Source: Rhizophagus irregularis
Lineage: Eukaryota
Direction: 5' to 3'
Assembly (NCBI RefSeq): GCF_026210795.1
Contig: NC_089433.1
Coordinates: 868,001-932,000, forward strand
DNA length: 64,000 nucleotides
Shown: positions 1 to 14,389 of the stretch, piece by piece
How the letters are laid out: every line of letters begins with the position of its first letter
How positions within the stretch are numbered: the stretch's first letter is position 1
Translations under genes and position numbers: made by a program
The notes under the pieces: generated by a model
Seen by the model: the letters and a program-made list of their open reading frames with translations, nothing else
Database searches by the model: none
Told to the model about the DNA's origin: nothing

Positions 1-62
1 TGAGAGTTAGAGTCGTATGGTAAAATATTAATTTACTTATAAAAGAATAGTATTTATTAATT

Positions 63-473
63 ATGATGTTCGTACAAAATTTAGGATTATTGATAATTTT
101 ATTATCTCTTATCAATACTTCCTATTCATATCCCCAACATAGAGTAGCGTTTAATCCACGAGGAGTTAATTCGGTTATAAATAGAATATGCATTCATTGG
201 TACGATTATCATCAAAATGAGATATCGACTGAATGCGACATACCAGCTGAACTCTTTTCATCAAAGACATCTCCAGCAAATTGGTCAATAGGATATAAAC
301 TCTCTATACATACAGTGGCTGGTACATTTCATAATGGCCCATATTTTTGGTGGGATGGCTGGGTAAATGGGATATATTGTAACGATATACATTTTCATTT
401 ACGAGAAGGTGGTTTAGTTGTTGTAGAAACTTTAAATAAGTCTATAGTTTATGATAAATGTTCCTGGGAATAA
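63..473 (+). CDS. Small secreted protein (136 aa), unknown function
   Basis: Single-exon ORF. Hydrophobic N-terminus (LGLLIILLSLINTSYS) resembles a signal peptide. Mature part is Trp-rich with 4 Cys. No family recognised. Confidence 0.7.
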   Translation: MMFVQNLGLLIILLSLINTSYSYPQHRVAFNPRGVNSVINRICIHWYDYHQNEISTECDIPAELFSSKTSPANWSIGYKLSIHTVAGTFHNGPYFWWDGWVNGIYCNDIHFHLREGGLVVVETLNKSIVYDKCSWE

Positions 474-1750
474 TAAATCAGATGATTGATTACTATTGGA
501 AGAATTCACAGAAGTAATTGTATTTGTTTTAGTAATATATCCTGTAGTTTAGATAACAGAAAGTATTTTTCTTATTAAGTAGAAAAACAAATAGTTTAAT
601 TTTCTGTATAAAAATATTTGAAATCAAATTAATTATCTATATCTATTATATAAATTACCTGACTTGTTATTTGTGTTTTGTGAACAGGTTATGATTTATA
701 ATTTTGTTATATGATTTAATCAATAAAAACGAATACAATATAATTTGTATTCCGACTTTATTTATCTATTCCAAGAAATTTTTTCCAAACTTGTATCAAC
801 ATTTTCTCAATTAGTGATATTATAACATCTACTTTACAGGTGACATAAAAAAAATAAAGATAAATGAAATAATAAAGTAATGATAAAAAAATAAAAAATA
901 AAAAATGATAATATAAAAAAATGGCTAAGGCGGCCATCTAGGGCTTAGTTTTCCAGAAAAAAAAAATTTAAAATAATTTACTTTCATTAAAAGTATAGTA
1001 CTAGTATAGTCCGTTACATTACTAATGGAATTTTGCGTGTTACGAAAAATTGCCAAAGATCATGAAATTCCCAGGCAAATTTGCCTGCAATTTTATAATA
1101 CATAACACAAAATCATAATTCCCTGCATGCTCGTAAATAAATATTTCAATGACTTTTACATAAAAATTTAAGTAAAGAGCTTCATAAACCAATTTAAAAA
1201 TTTCGCATGCAAATTTGCCTGCGAGATATTTGCGATAATAATTTATTGCTAATTTTTGCTTATCACATAAAATTTAAATTTTCAAAATTGGATGCATTAT
1301 AGATGAAGAGTTGTGCAATGTTATGCCAATTTTGCCATATTATAATATGCTTAATATGGTTATGGGTCTAAATCGCGACGGGTCAAAATCCCGAATGGGT
1401 CAAAATCCCGACAGTTGGCCCGCGTTATGCAGAATTATGCGGAATCACGTGATATTTTGGCCAGCATTAGAATTCGAGATTTTGACCGGATCACGCTTAA
1501 TATATAGTAATTTAAATTCAAAAAGTTCGCAAGCAAATTTTGCCTGCGTTACAGATGAGGGGATAATTCAAAGAAATTGTATGTCGATAAGTTAAATTTA
1601 TTATTTTTATTCCAACTTTATCAATTAACCGCGTTCTGAGAATCTTCACCTCAAATGTTTAGTACATAAAATAATAAACCAGTGTGATAAATAAATTTAT
1701 TTAAATATATTAAAGATTTTATATATAAAAAAAAGGTTAATTTAAAATAA

Positions 1751-2640
1751 TTACTCGATTTTCTTAATACAGATACCGTAAGGACGTAAATTATTCCCAT
1801 CGGGTGAAATCTAATATTCACCGATTCCAGTTTCTATATTTGAAATTCTAATCAAATTCTCTGGGTTAACTCTATTTTGGAACACAACCAGATAGTCATC
1901 TCCTTCATAAGTAAATTTAATGGCATATTTAGATGCGACATCAATATCTGGAGTGGAATAAAATCTGTATCCAAATGGTAATGGTTTCTTACAAGAGAAA
2001 TTTCCATCTCTAGCGATTGAATTACAATTATGTTCGGCAGTTCCATGATAAGATACTATTAAAAATAAATGAATTGTTTGAACTTTGAAAGAAATTGACA
2101 TAGATAAGAGAAATTTACTATAAATAACAAATACCTGGCCACTCATCTTGTACTGAACTTGTTGGGAATTGTCTACTTTTATCAGCACCTAACCAAATGT
2201 TATCTTCATATTTATCAAGAACATTGATAGCAAATCTCTTCCAACCACAAGGTCGTTTATACCTAAAATCTCCCCGCATAAAAGTTTCTCCATTATCATT
2301 TACATCCGTAAAATCACGATCATATTTTGGAGCAATATGATTAGATTGAAAGTGTAAAGCTACAATCACTGCTGTCGTCATCTCTTAATTTCAAAACTAA
2401 TTGTAGCGTAGAATTATCTTGCATATCGTAATCTGTTAGAGTACGTTCATCTTCAAGTTGTTTGTCGTCAAGAACAAATCTTGTTTGATCTGGTGATACA
2501 CCTTCAATTGGAATTCTCGCCTTTACTTGATCAAGTGTATCATTGAAATCAACATATAATGATACAGTCATACCGGATAATGTTTCAACGTATATATCTC
2601 CATCTCGGGGTGATGTATATACTTTACCTCCAACTAAAAA
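1751..2640 (-). pseudogene. Ubiquitin-like domain fused to a PARP-like ADP-ribosyltransferase-fold domain, disrupted
   Basis: Ub-like segment (IYVETLSG...PDQTRF...[12 protein letters not shown]...LQLVLKLR). A frameshift near 2,340-2,380 leads into YKRPCGWKRFAINV. After an intron come VSYHGT...FYSTP...GEY*ISP...RPYGICIK, with an in-frame TAG at 1,811-1,813 where Trp is expected. Confidence 0.75.
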
Positions 2641-5187
2641 AGACTTATTATTATATTTAATACATTCCCCAATTTTTTCTTTAGAATTATCATCATGAGT
2701 AGCAATTTTATTGTTATTGTTCGTAATAGCACTTAATGCTGTGGCTAAAAGTGAGTTTTACATTTTCAATTATTAATGAATAGTAAATATTTTTATCAAA
2801 AACGCTTCATTTATATATACATATGGTTTTATACCTATTTTATATAATATATAATATATTAAGCTTATAATGTTCTACTTATGTTTATTAATCATAAGTT
2901 TTTAAGTCATAATAGATCATAAACAGATTAGCATGAAAAAATAAATTGGTCTTTAATAAACCTTTTAATGATTTAAAACGCATCATTAGGAAACCAAATA
3001 TAATAAAGAATGAACTAAATTTCTTGATTTGTAGTAAGTTATTCATCTCAATTTCATGCTTTTTCTTCATTCCTGCTTTTTTTATTACTCGATTTACTAT
3101 TTATATATATAATTGAAGATCAATATGTTTACATATTCAGCAGAATATCAAGAATTCATTATCAGGAACGTCACGTGCACACACATAAATACGCGTCGAT
3201 CCTACTTTAATGCACTAACGTGATCATATTACAATTGTTACAATTGACTCCTGATGTGTCCGTAGGGGTAACCATTAATAGTTAGTGGAAATTGAAAGTC
3301 ATAGTCCGATCAGGAATACTGCGGTGACCAATTATCATAGGTCATTAAAATCCCGCATATTTGCTAATCGACAGAACAATAACATAATTTAAAATTACCA
3401 TGTGAAACGGGTGGTCTCCTTCGTCAGTATCTAAACGAACGTGTTATTTAAAATCTCTTTTAAATAATAATTAAAAATAACCATGATAATTATCCTTAGT
3501 GATAAAAGTAATATCAACTACTTCTCCAGGAGTATCAAAAATATAGGCATTTCTATCTCGTGGCAAGTTATTCGCTTTTCCTGCAAAGATTCTTGATAAT
3601 GTCGGAAATTTTATATCGGGCACATAAGAAGATTCATTAAAAAAAGCTCTAACAACCCCTGATGAATCATTATGAAAAGCGATTGTAAGTTCCATCTCTT
3701 TTGTTGCTTTAGGAAGGTTTTCTTCATATAATGGCTGTAAAGTTTCATGTTTTAAATCAATACATTCTTCCAAGAAATCTTTCCATGGTACGTCCTTTGG
3801 CGCAGAATCTTCTGGGGCTCCATCATAATGTACAATAGCTTTTACAATTGAAAGTTTTTTGGCATCGTCTGGCATACATTTCTTTTGAAATTCCGATCGC
3901 ATTATATAATTATCAACAGGTTGGTTTACGGTAACAATAACGGAATATCTCTGAGCAACATTGATAGGAAGACGATGAATCTTATTTCGTTTAGTATAGG
4001 AACCTTCTACTTCTATAACTTCCATTTCATGTTTATCAATTGAAAAGAAGAATGCCGAAAATGCGCTGAAAGATAAGAGGTTATGAAACAACACATAATG
4101 AATTATTAAAATTTTAAATTGTATTGATACTATAATGACGTAAATACGTAAATTTACCTAGTATTAATGATACGAAGACGATATCTTTTATTAGAAACAA
4201 ATTCAAATTTAGCAAGACCAGAATTATCCACGCATTTGGATACATGTGGAGCTTGTGAACAATCGAAATTATTTTTTCCGTTGATCTATCCGTTATCGGG
4301 AACTAAACAAGAGTTTAAATTAACGCCATGCGTCTATTGCGTCATTGTATGATGACATTTCTTATTGTCCTTACCTGCCTAATATAAATTATTAATAATG
4401 TAAATTTTTTATTAAAAATATAAATATAAATATAAATCAATTAACATGAAATTAAAACAATTGTAGATCAACTTTAATTTACCTCATCGCCTTCGCTTGA
4501 AGGAGTCAAGAATTTTTTTAATAAAATTTCTGATTCCGTGTGATGATAATCAGTCAACATGACGATGATTTCCTCATCGTATTCATTTAAATACGGGTCA
4601 TCAGGATCGTGAATGACTGATAAAATGAAAATGAAAAAAAAGCGTTTTAAAATTCCAAAAAAAAAAAATAGTCGACTTAAATATGAATTATTAACTTACT
4701 TAACGCTCCAACAACTCCCATCGACATATTGCGTCAATGCGTGTGAATGGCTAAAATTCGGTGATATCACGTTAGACATTTCAGTTTCACCATTCAAAAA
4801 GAAAATTGTATATACTTACTACCAATAAGTGCCGGCTTGATCAGGAACAGTAAAATCATAAGTAAATGCGTAATTGTCTGGTATCAAACATTGAGTCTGA
4901 CAATGTTATATATTACCAGTGAACGAGAAACGGAAATATAGAATTAGAATGTGTAAGTTACGTAAAGACGCTTATTTAAGAACATGAATTGATTGAACTC
5001 ACTTGTCCTGCCACCCCGTCAAACCTAAAAATTGATTATAAATTAGTCATTTATTTTAATAAAAAAAAATCATTAACTATAGCCGATAATTACATACCAA
5101 GGAGTCCCTCTTTGGAACACTCCATGTGCGTGAATGAATTGCTGGAGATATTTATTTGTTAATAAATAATTATTCAATAAACATACC

Positions 5188-6753
5188 CCCTATAAGAAAT
5201 ATGTATACGGAAAGGATACGTTTTGTATACATTTTATGTACGTTTCTATAGATTCCGTATACAAATTCCGTGTATTTAATAAGCAATTCATTTTTGAACA
5301 TCTTTTAAAAAAACTAATGTATACAAAATGTATACGGAAAAAATTAATCATGCGGAATGTATACGGAATTTTTAAACTTAATATTTTTAGAAAATAATTT
5401 TACAAAAATCTCGTATCATAACACGAGATCACGTGATTGTTTATTGTTTTGTTATGATACGTTTATTTGTTATTTTTTTCTAAATTTTTCTTCTTTTCTT
5501 CGTCAATCGTTTAAAAAAAAAATTTTTTTTTTTTTTGTGCCTCATTTTAAAAAATTTTTTTTCATCACTCTTCTTTAAAAAAAAAATTTTTTTGATTTTA
5601 TTCTTTTATTCCCACTCTTCTTTTTTTAAAAAAAATTTCTTCTTTCTATTTCTATTTCCTCTTTATAAAAAATTTTTTATTTTTCTAACTTTGACGTCCT
5701 CCCTTTAAAAAAAAAAATTTTTTTAACTTTCCTAACTTCGTTACCCTCTTTAAAATTTTTTTTTTTTTTGATTTATTCTTTATTCCCTTTTCTTTTTTAT
5801 TTATATTTATCCCTTTTTTTTTATTTCATAGGCCAGCAGATTTTTTTTTGTGAGAGGATTCAGTTTCTTTTTTCTTTTTTGTAGATCAGTTTGAGAGTCC
5901 TTTAGGTTGTTTCAGTTTTATTGCTTCAGAGTCTTCTTTTTTTGTAGGTCAGTATTGGATTTATTTTGTTGTTTTGGTTTCTTTTTCATCAGATGCTTCA
6001 TAATTCTTTTCTTTTATGTAGGTCAGACATTCTGGAGTTCTCTTTCTTTTTTTGTAGGAATGCTGGCCTTTGGTGACTTGGACGATTGCAGATACTATAT
6101 GAAGGGGGGTTTGTTTCCAATTAAGTTAGACATTCTTATGTTTCTTTTTTTTGTTTTTTAGGTTGTTTGACTCCAAATGAACCTGAACTTACAGATAATT
6201 TTGGTTGCAATAGGGTGGTTTTAATAAAGAGGGAATTTTCATAATATATTTGTATTTCGTTTATTTTTTATTTTTTATTTAATTTAATAAAGTAAAATTA
6301 GATTTATGTAAATACAATTATAGTAAACTGTAATACAAATAGTAAATTCAGTGACCAAATCGTATAAATTTCGTGATAAAATCAGTATGAATCCCGTGCA
6401 AATTCCGTATCCAAACCATATTTTTAGTGATACGGAATAGTGCTTCGATCCGGATGGGTTTTTAACGGATCAATCCGCGGTTTACTACGGTTTGGCAACG
6501 GTTTATTTGAGTTGGAGCTATAAGTTTGGCCAAAATTAATAAAATTTGAAGAAGAATAATTTTTTCAAATCTGACAAAAATTATAGTTTGACAAAAATAA
6601 TAGAAAAATGTTGTGATCCTAATCAACGGATCAATCCGGATAGAAGCACTAATACGTAATTGTGCATTTTTCCGTATCCTATTATGATACGTTATTTCTA
6701 AGGAAAAAACCGTATAAAAACTTTATAAAAACGTATCCAATTTTTTTATAGGG
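5188..6753. mobile_element. Non-autonomous TIR DNA transposon (CCCTATAA termini) in laccase intron 1
   Basis: Termini CCCTATAAGAAA...TTTTTATAGGG, 3-bp TSD ACC on both sides. A second copy lies at 46,612-49,356. Confidence 0.85.
6438..6651. mobile_element. hAT-type MITE nested in the CCCTATAA element
   Basis: TIR TAGTGCTTC...GAAGCACTA; 8-bp TSD ATACGGAA/ATACGTAA. The paralogous host copy shows the empty site near 49,255. Confidence 0.85.
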
Positions 6754-7730
6754 ACCAAGAAAAACTTCCTTTGTAACTTACATGTTGGTTCTCCTAATTC
6801 ATTACGAACGTTTATTACAATACGATCTCCTTTTTTGGCTTCTATAGTTGGACCAGGGTATTGCCCATTAATAGTTGCCAAGCTACGAGTAAATCCATCC
6901 GGGGCTAAAGTAACTCTTTTTAAAGTGAGATCGAAAATATTTTTTTTTGGCTCACAATTCCGGGATTTAATAAGTTCTTGGTTCAAAATTGGCTTAGATA
7001 AAACTAAAGTTGCCCAAAAAATAACGCAAAAAAGATGAACAAATAATTTATAAAAAATCATGACAATTCGATTGTTAATTCAAATGAATTGGTCGATGAT
7101 TTGAAAATTTCTTGGTATTTTTATTAGTTTTTTTGGCAAGGTCACAAATTTTTGGGACAATAAATTCGCTTCTCACTTAATTGTCTTTATGCACATCCAT
7201 TGTGGTGTTATAATTACGCACACGACCTTTAGGCTAGACTGAAAGGTGAAACATCTAAAAATAGCTCTTTTTTTGTCTTTTTTAAAATATTCGTACATAT
7301 AATGAAATAAATGATTTCCTATAGATAGAAATCTGATTCTGTATACGGAATTGACGAAGATCTTCAAATGTTTTTCTTGCCAATTTGCAAGGTAACATGG
7401 GTGCATGGGTGACGCCTACTGACCATTTATGGTCCGGTTATATTGCATTTTTCCTCGAACGCTTCTTCTGAAGAATGTTACGAGTTCCGGTGTTGTTAAG
7501 AATCTTTCTTTCAATACTGGATTAAAGGGCATGGTATTTCTACGAGCGATCAACCGAAAAGTATATATATAAAGGAAGTTTGCGTAAGATTTTCAAATCA
7601 AATTATTTACGTAAACTTGTAAATTTAGTAAGTCGGTAATTCCAGAAATGAAAAGTTGCTTATTTTAATATTTTATGCCACGTGTATTATGTATTCTGAA
7701 GACGTTCCCATTTGACATTACAAATACTTA

Positions 7731-7859
7731 GGGGATGGCCAGAAATGACGTAATTTAAATTTTAGGATTTTTGATCCCCCCCTCCCTATGTCATCATTCA
7801 TTTTAGGAAATGACACACTCTTAACCCCTTAGGAAATGACGTCATTTCTGGCCATCCAC
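7731..7859. mobile_element. Short MITE
   Basis: Terminal inverted repeat GGATGGCCAGAAATGACGT / ACGTCATTTCTGGCCATCC. Confidence 0.65.
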
Positions 7860-8885
7860 ACATTCACTCCTGTTGTACTTTGATATATCTATTATTTTGA
7901 TTATTTTGTTAATCAGAATATCAGATCATCAGATTTCCCTAAACCGTTTTTAACCATTAAATGACCGTAATTCAACTCCAAACTTCATAAAGTCGGTCTT
8001 ATGATCTTAATATCATACATAAAAATGAAAAGATTTTATTTTTTTCTTTAAGTAAATTTACTTTAAAATAGTCTCATTTTATTATTAATTTGGCAATGAA
8101 ATATTTTATAAAATTTCAGCAAAATCAGCAAAATCAGCAAAAATACATCATATCCAGCTGTTACACTGCATAATCTGATGTATAAATGTAAAATAACAAC
8201 CTTCTAACGGTTATAAAATAATAACTAAAAAAAATCATAATGTTCAATGAAGTTGCAGGTCCCAGGAATATACTGCATGTAAAAGGGTCAGTGAGTTTCA
8301 AAATAATCATACAGTATCTTTCCTTTGTGATAATTCTCGCTGAAATACTGACTGATGTTACTATAATTCCGGCCCTGAAAAAGATGCGTTCAGATTTTTT
8401 TTTTTTTTTGACACAACCTTATCCTTAAAGTCGCCCGGAAAAGATCAGGATCGGTGGATTCGTGCAACAATCGGTAGATTCGGCAAAATAGTGTTTCAGA
8501 ACCGAGAGGTAACAAGAGATCGGCACTCATTTACTATTAGCTCTGGCCAGAATTACATAATGTGGAATTATCCAAAAAAAAAAGAATGTTAACTTTACGC
8601 AAACTTTGACACTTTGTATACTTTTTATGTATTGCTCGGAGTCCTAGTATTTCCCTGATTTGACCTGGTTTAAAAATCGTATCTATGTACCAAAACGATC
8701 GGCGATCTTGAATGCTACGGTATAACCAATATACCTTGTATCACTCTGATTTGCGTTTAAGTTTACAAAAAAGGAAAAATTATAATTAATAAAAATTTGT
8801 AAAACCATATGTTTCTTATATTTGTAACACAATCATACGTCTTCTTTTAAAATTTTAAATCTTTTTAAAAAAAAAGAAACCAAAA

Positions 8886-9340
8886 ATGTCTCAACTTCCC
8901 GCTGATTGTTTGTATGAGATTTTCAAATACTTAGAAAATGATAAAGTTACTTTAAATTCATGTATATTAGTTAATCGATTTTGGTGTGAGGTTTCGGTGA
9001 GGATTTTTTGGAGAAATGTTTGGAATTAAAATACTTTAAATTTTAGAACTTTAATTGCTTGCCTTTCAAACAAGTCATAAGAAATTTTATGTGAGAATGG
9101 AATTATTATTTCGACCCCAACTTCAAAATTTCCAACTTACAATTATGCATCATTTTGTAAAGTTTTATCAGTTGAACAAGTTTTATAATAAGATAAATTT
9201 ACTTCTTAAAAGAACTATTTCATCAAAAGATTCCAATAATATTAAACATATGTTACCAATAGTAGTACAAGAAATATTTAAATTGTTTATAAAACATGTA
9301 TCTTCTTTAAAAAAATTAGAAATATTATCATTTTGTCAAT
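8886..9340 (+). pseudogene. F-box protein pseudogene (5' fragment)
   Basis: MSQLPADCLYEIFKYLENDKVTLNSCILVNRFWCEVSVRIFWRNVWN then a premature TAA. A later frameshift leads to PTYNYASFCKVLS. Cut off by a repeat at ~9,340. Confidence 0.8.
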
Positions 9341-9550
9341 GGCAATCTCCACCCAATGTCGGACAACTTCCCGACAACCTTTTTTCCGACATACCCTTTA
9401 CCCGACAACGATTACCCGACAAGACATATTCCCGAATGAACATTTTACCGACATGACACATTCCCTAATGGACATTATACCGACATGCTATTTTTCCTGA
9501 CATGACATTATCCCAACAACACATATCCCGACAGACATTTTCCTGATTAA
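9341..9550. repeat. Array of ~10 degenerate TTCCCGACA motifs, probably a transposon subterminal repeat
   Basis: Repeated cccgac/ccgaca units roughly every 15-20 bp. Confidence 0.55.
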
Positions 9551-9775
9551 AAAAAAGTGATTTCCCAATTATTTAAGATAAAACATATGGAGAAAATTTT
9601 TATTATTTGTTTATTCATATTTATTTTAATAAAAATTCGCAATTTCATGTATACTGTATATTTGGGTATATATAAAATGTCCATGAAACAATGCAATTGA
9701 AACATGCTGCTTTTTTAACGTAATCTTTCCTGGTATCATACTTTATTTTTAACGCGATAAAGATCGATTTGCGGA

Positions 9776-10871
9776 TAGTGCTTCGACCCGGATGAAAACC
9801 GTCATCCGGATTACACAAAAAAAAAATCCGGATTATATCCGGATTGACCCGGATTTTGAATCCGGATCAGATAATCCGGATAGAAACCGGAAACCGGATT
9901 GGATTTACAAATGATCGGCAATAATTCTGGCCAGAATTCATAACGCCGGCCAGAATTACAAATTGTGTAACATTAAATTTTCATGCCAGCCGATAAAAAA
10001 TTTTTTGCCCGGTGGCTAAACTATTTTCTCGGTGTCACGTGATCTTAATTTCGGCCAGAATTACAAATTTGGCCAAAATTATCCAAGACCACGAAATTTA
10101 CATAATTCCAATTTCATTAAATACTTTTCTTTAAAACAATTTCATATTATTTCAGCATTGTCTCAGACTATTGTTTAACATTTCTTTGTAAATTAACTAA
10201 TTATGAAATTTTAAACAAGATATTTTTATATACAGCTAAAGATTACTATAAATAGATGTGTTGGGTTAGTAAGGCAATTTTTTAAGGATTTGTTTCTTCT
10301 TTCAAAAATTAAAGAATCATTTGAATCAAATTACATAACACTAGTTTTAATTTTTAAAAAAAGTTGTTATAATTATATAAATTTATAATATTGAACAATT
10401 TTTCATTTTAAAACAATAATTATTATTTTGTTGTAACAAAAATAATATAAAGTTTTTTTTCTTTTGAACGTTTGAATGTGAAATCTAAAATTATTTGTTA
10501 TTTGTTAATGTATAAATTTAAATAAACAAATCTGATACAAACTTCAATAAATAAATTATAATTGAAAAATCTTCTTAAACTTACTGTATTAAAAAGTTTA
10601 ATAACAAATATAAATTTAATAAATTTTAATAAAAAAATTGGTATTAGGCGCAAAAATAATTAGCCATAATATCATTTAGATATAGATCTTTATGGATCAG
10701 CAAAATTATTATTAATAAAAAAAAAAATAATAAAAATTTCATCCGGATTCCGGGTCAAACCGGATATTTTTCATCCGGTTTATAATCCGGATGAAAACCG
10801 TGAAAATCCGGATATCCGAAAAAAAAAATCCGGATCAATCCGGATTGATCCGGATACGGGTCGAGGCACTA
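9776..10871 (+). mobile_element. 1.1-kb non-autonomous hAT element, copy A
   Basis: TIR TAGTGCTTCGACCCG / CGGGTCGAGGCACTA, perfect 8-bp TSD TTTGCGGA, subterminal ATCCGGAT repeats. Confidence 0.92.
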
Positions 10872-13800
10872 TTTGCGGACATTAAAAAATATCAGTGATT
10901 ACATAAATAATATTAACGTGCGTCATCTTGTTTAATGAATTTAGGATTCCAGCTTTATTAAATACGTTAACTAACAATTTCTAGATTGTTTATTTATTAA
11001 ACTGACCTTAACTCTCCTCTCAAATGTTCATTAATTAACAAAACTTGTCTCAGTCAATGTATTACAATGTGTAAATATCATCTTCGAATTTGGATTTTAG
11101 CGAGCAAATAAGTCTTTTCAGAATTACATATTTCGTCTGAATCCTGCAAAGATAACGAGAAATTATCTGCAAATCCATTTGAAACATTTAAAAATATTTA
11201 ACACAACGAAATATTGCTATTCAAAAATATGCTTGCTTCGTTAATAATAAATCTTTTGAATACTTTAGACAAATTAAATTTTTATGACTCATTGACTCTA
11301 TAAAAAAAATCTCCAATGAAAGAAATTATATTTCATTGTTATTTACTATTTCTAATTCGCAAATTTACAAGAGCTTGAACAGACAGACAGTCAGTGATGA
11401 CAAATGACCAGGTCATTTGGCCATTTTGGAATTGACCTTCGAATGACATGTCATTTGGGTCATTTGTCATTCGAGTTATTTAGAATTAATTCAGGCCAAA
11501 TTTATGATGCCGGTCAGCATTAAAATTCATATTATCAAGTGATATATATTTATCCTCGAAACAATGAAATTACATAGATAATTTTGGTCAGAATTATGAT
11601 GTAATTTTTAAATGACTAGGTCAAATGTCAGAATTGAAGATTTGTTACATCATGTTAGTTTTTTATAATTAATAATTTTAAAGTTCAACGTACTTGATCG
11701 AGATATGTATTAGATATTTTAGAAATCAATGAAAGAACTGTATTTTGATGAAACGTAATAGTTCATAGTTCATTAAATTTGCCTATCGCAAAGTTAAAAG
11801 CTATTTATTTATACCATCTAGAACTGCATAAAGTATCCCCCTTGAACGTACGGGTCCGATTTTATAAGATCTAGTATGTATTATTCATAGTATCATTAAA
11901 TTACGGTATAATATATTCCCCCCTTAATGCTAGCAAATCAATGTTTGATTTCTGGTCAAACTTACATATCCTCATATAATATCCAGTATCTACAGAGTTC
12001 GTTTCTTAAACTCTTATTTTATTTAACAAAAAAATTAATACCTTATAAAAATTTATGCTTGAAGTTACCTTTATTTCAATTATAAAAATATTAATTTTAA
12101 AATTTTCTCTATTATTTTTTGATAAAGAATATCAAAACTCAATAAAAATATACTTTTCAATACAAGATAATTCAAATCTTTCATATCTAATGGTCAATAG
12201 ATTTTAGTGTGAAATTGTGATTTCGATTGTATTGAGAAATCCTTGGTACCATGATCCAGGCAATTACCAGCATTTTCACGTCAATCACTTTGTTTGGTTA
12301 TTATCCTTCTTTATATAAATATTATGAATACCGTAATTTCTATTGTGTTTTCTTTATCTTATAATCAAATTCTTTACAAGCAAGAATTTTACAGAATTAA
12401 TGTATTTGATATGAAATCAATCAGACACCAATTACAAATATTTTCGTTCTAGAAGTTTGAAACATTTGTAAATTAATTTCTTCATACTTTTATGAATTAA
12501 CACGTTTCTGTCAATATAAAGAGACATGGAATTGTTAAATTAATTGAAGTTCAAAGGATTTAAAGTATCTTGAATTGTCTTGCCAATCATATTGATTTTA
12601 ACTTTTATCTCTGATCAAATTGTATGGTCAATTGAATTCTTAACCTTTTTTTTTTTAGAAAGATTCGGAATTCTGTCATTATCAAAAATTATATAATTTT
12701 CTCATTATAAGTCGACTCTTCATATGAATGACAGATTAGAAATTTTATTAAAATTTTAGTTGTTCAATACCGACTAAAATAAGGAAATTATATTTTGGGT
12801 GCCTTAGGGAAATTCTTAGGAAAATAGTAAGGTTATGCAACTTCCATACTTACAAGTACATCCAATTATAATTATGAGGAAATTTATATAAAACTGAATA
12901 ATAAATATGAAATTTATGGAGCAATATTTCCGAATATAGCAAACATATATAGACTTTAAGATATTAATACTAGTAAGTGCTTTCATAATATTAAGATTTT
13001 AGAATTTATTGTATTTTTTAATTTTTTTAATGAGTTTTAGGAATATTGTTTTCTAACCCAAAATATGATCATTTCAATATACGAGAATAACAAATTAGAA
13101 TTAGAGTCTAGTATCACGAGATTATATTTTCTTGGACGAGCTAACGATATCATAGTTAAAAATATTAATTAATACAGCAATATATAAAAAATGCAAATAA
13201 AATACGTTACAGTGGTTAAAAAATTAGTAATCATTTACTTTACCAACTTCTAAATATTAACTAATTTGTTACACCATCAAAATTATGTATTTTTGATTCA
13301 ATTTGGATCGAAATTCTGGGAGCCAATAAATAATAATTCAAAGTAGCTTATTAACGATTAAGTATATATAATTATTAGTAATTAATGAATATAATTTGAA
13401 ATTGGTTAAAAATTTAAATGAAAAGTAGAGTTATAAGACAAACTAACTCTGATTATTTATAAATTATTGGATTATTATTATTTGAATAATAAAACAAATT
13501 ACTAAAATTAAATGAACCACTTCAGTTCGGAATTGACGTCGTTCAACTCCAAAACTGATCTCATTAGATGTAAAATTTTTATTTGTACAGCCCTTAAGAA
13601 TATAATTATATAAAAATTTGATTTTTTACTAGTATATAAATATGGTTTACTATGTATTTTATAATTTTATGAATAAATAAAAATGTTTAAAATAATAGAT
13701 AAAAATTTAATAAAAAAAATGTACATAGTTTTCATAAACAAGAGACGGAGTGGCGAATATTTTATTGTAAGGCAATTATTTTTTTTTAAAAAAAATTACA

Positions 13801-14389
13801 TCTAAATTAATTATTTCAACAGACAAATAAACGAATATTATAAATTTAATTTTAAACACCTTTTTCTTAGCAATGTAAATAAATATATGAGTTAGTGAGA
13901 GCGTTATATTACCGAAGATGCGGTCGTAAAAGGTAAATAGTATATCATGTGATTTGGATTCAGAATTATGATAATTCTGGTAATTTCGGCAAAGAAATTT
14001 TGCAACAATTCATATTAACGATCACCATGACTTTAATGAATTTATTTTTTTTATATTTATATATTTCCTTGTTGAATCATGAGATATTATAAAATTTAAA
14101 TTTAAAATATACCTTAAAATTTATTTAATAAAAACGCGTTCAGTTTACGCTGCTAATATATTAATATAATGAGAAAGAAAAAGATAAAAATAAAAAATAA
14201 ATTATTCAAATTACAAACTAAGAATTTGAAGAAAATCTCATAAGTCATAGTGTTTAAATAATTTATGATAGTATCTAAATATCTAAAAGAAAAAAAATAT
14301 TAATTTCAAAGGTAAACACTTCAAAAATTTTTTTTTACTTTATTGAATTAACGAAATATTATATTAACCTTTCTTTAAATTTTTTTTAG

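Larger units (their letters stand above)
3399..7061 (-). pseudogene. Multicopper oxidase (laccase/Fet3-like), multi-exon, disrupted and 3'-truncated
   Basis: Signal peptide, INGQYPGPTI, IHAHG, GTYW.HSH and DHPFHM copper motifs across many GT-AG introns. Lesions: 4-bp ATTC duplication near 5,135, in-frame TAG at 4,286-4,288, donor GT>CT at 3,498-3,499, and no HCH motif found downstream. Confidence 0.85.

Noticed and set aside
1000..1610. 94-aa ORF 1,311-1,595 and GCAAATTTGCCTGC repeats
   Set aside because: Looks like decayed nested TE sequence (inverted GGTCAAAATCYCGAAT pair); no confident ends or TSD.
5357..6161. Phe-rich ORFs (also 48,637-49,013 and 62,920-63,546)
   Set aside because: Poly-T/poly-A low-complexity TE interiors; frames are not conserved between the two element copies.
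11380..13100. AATGAC repeat cluster and possible decayed exons
   Set aside because: No recognisable protein motif or element ends.
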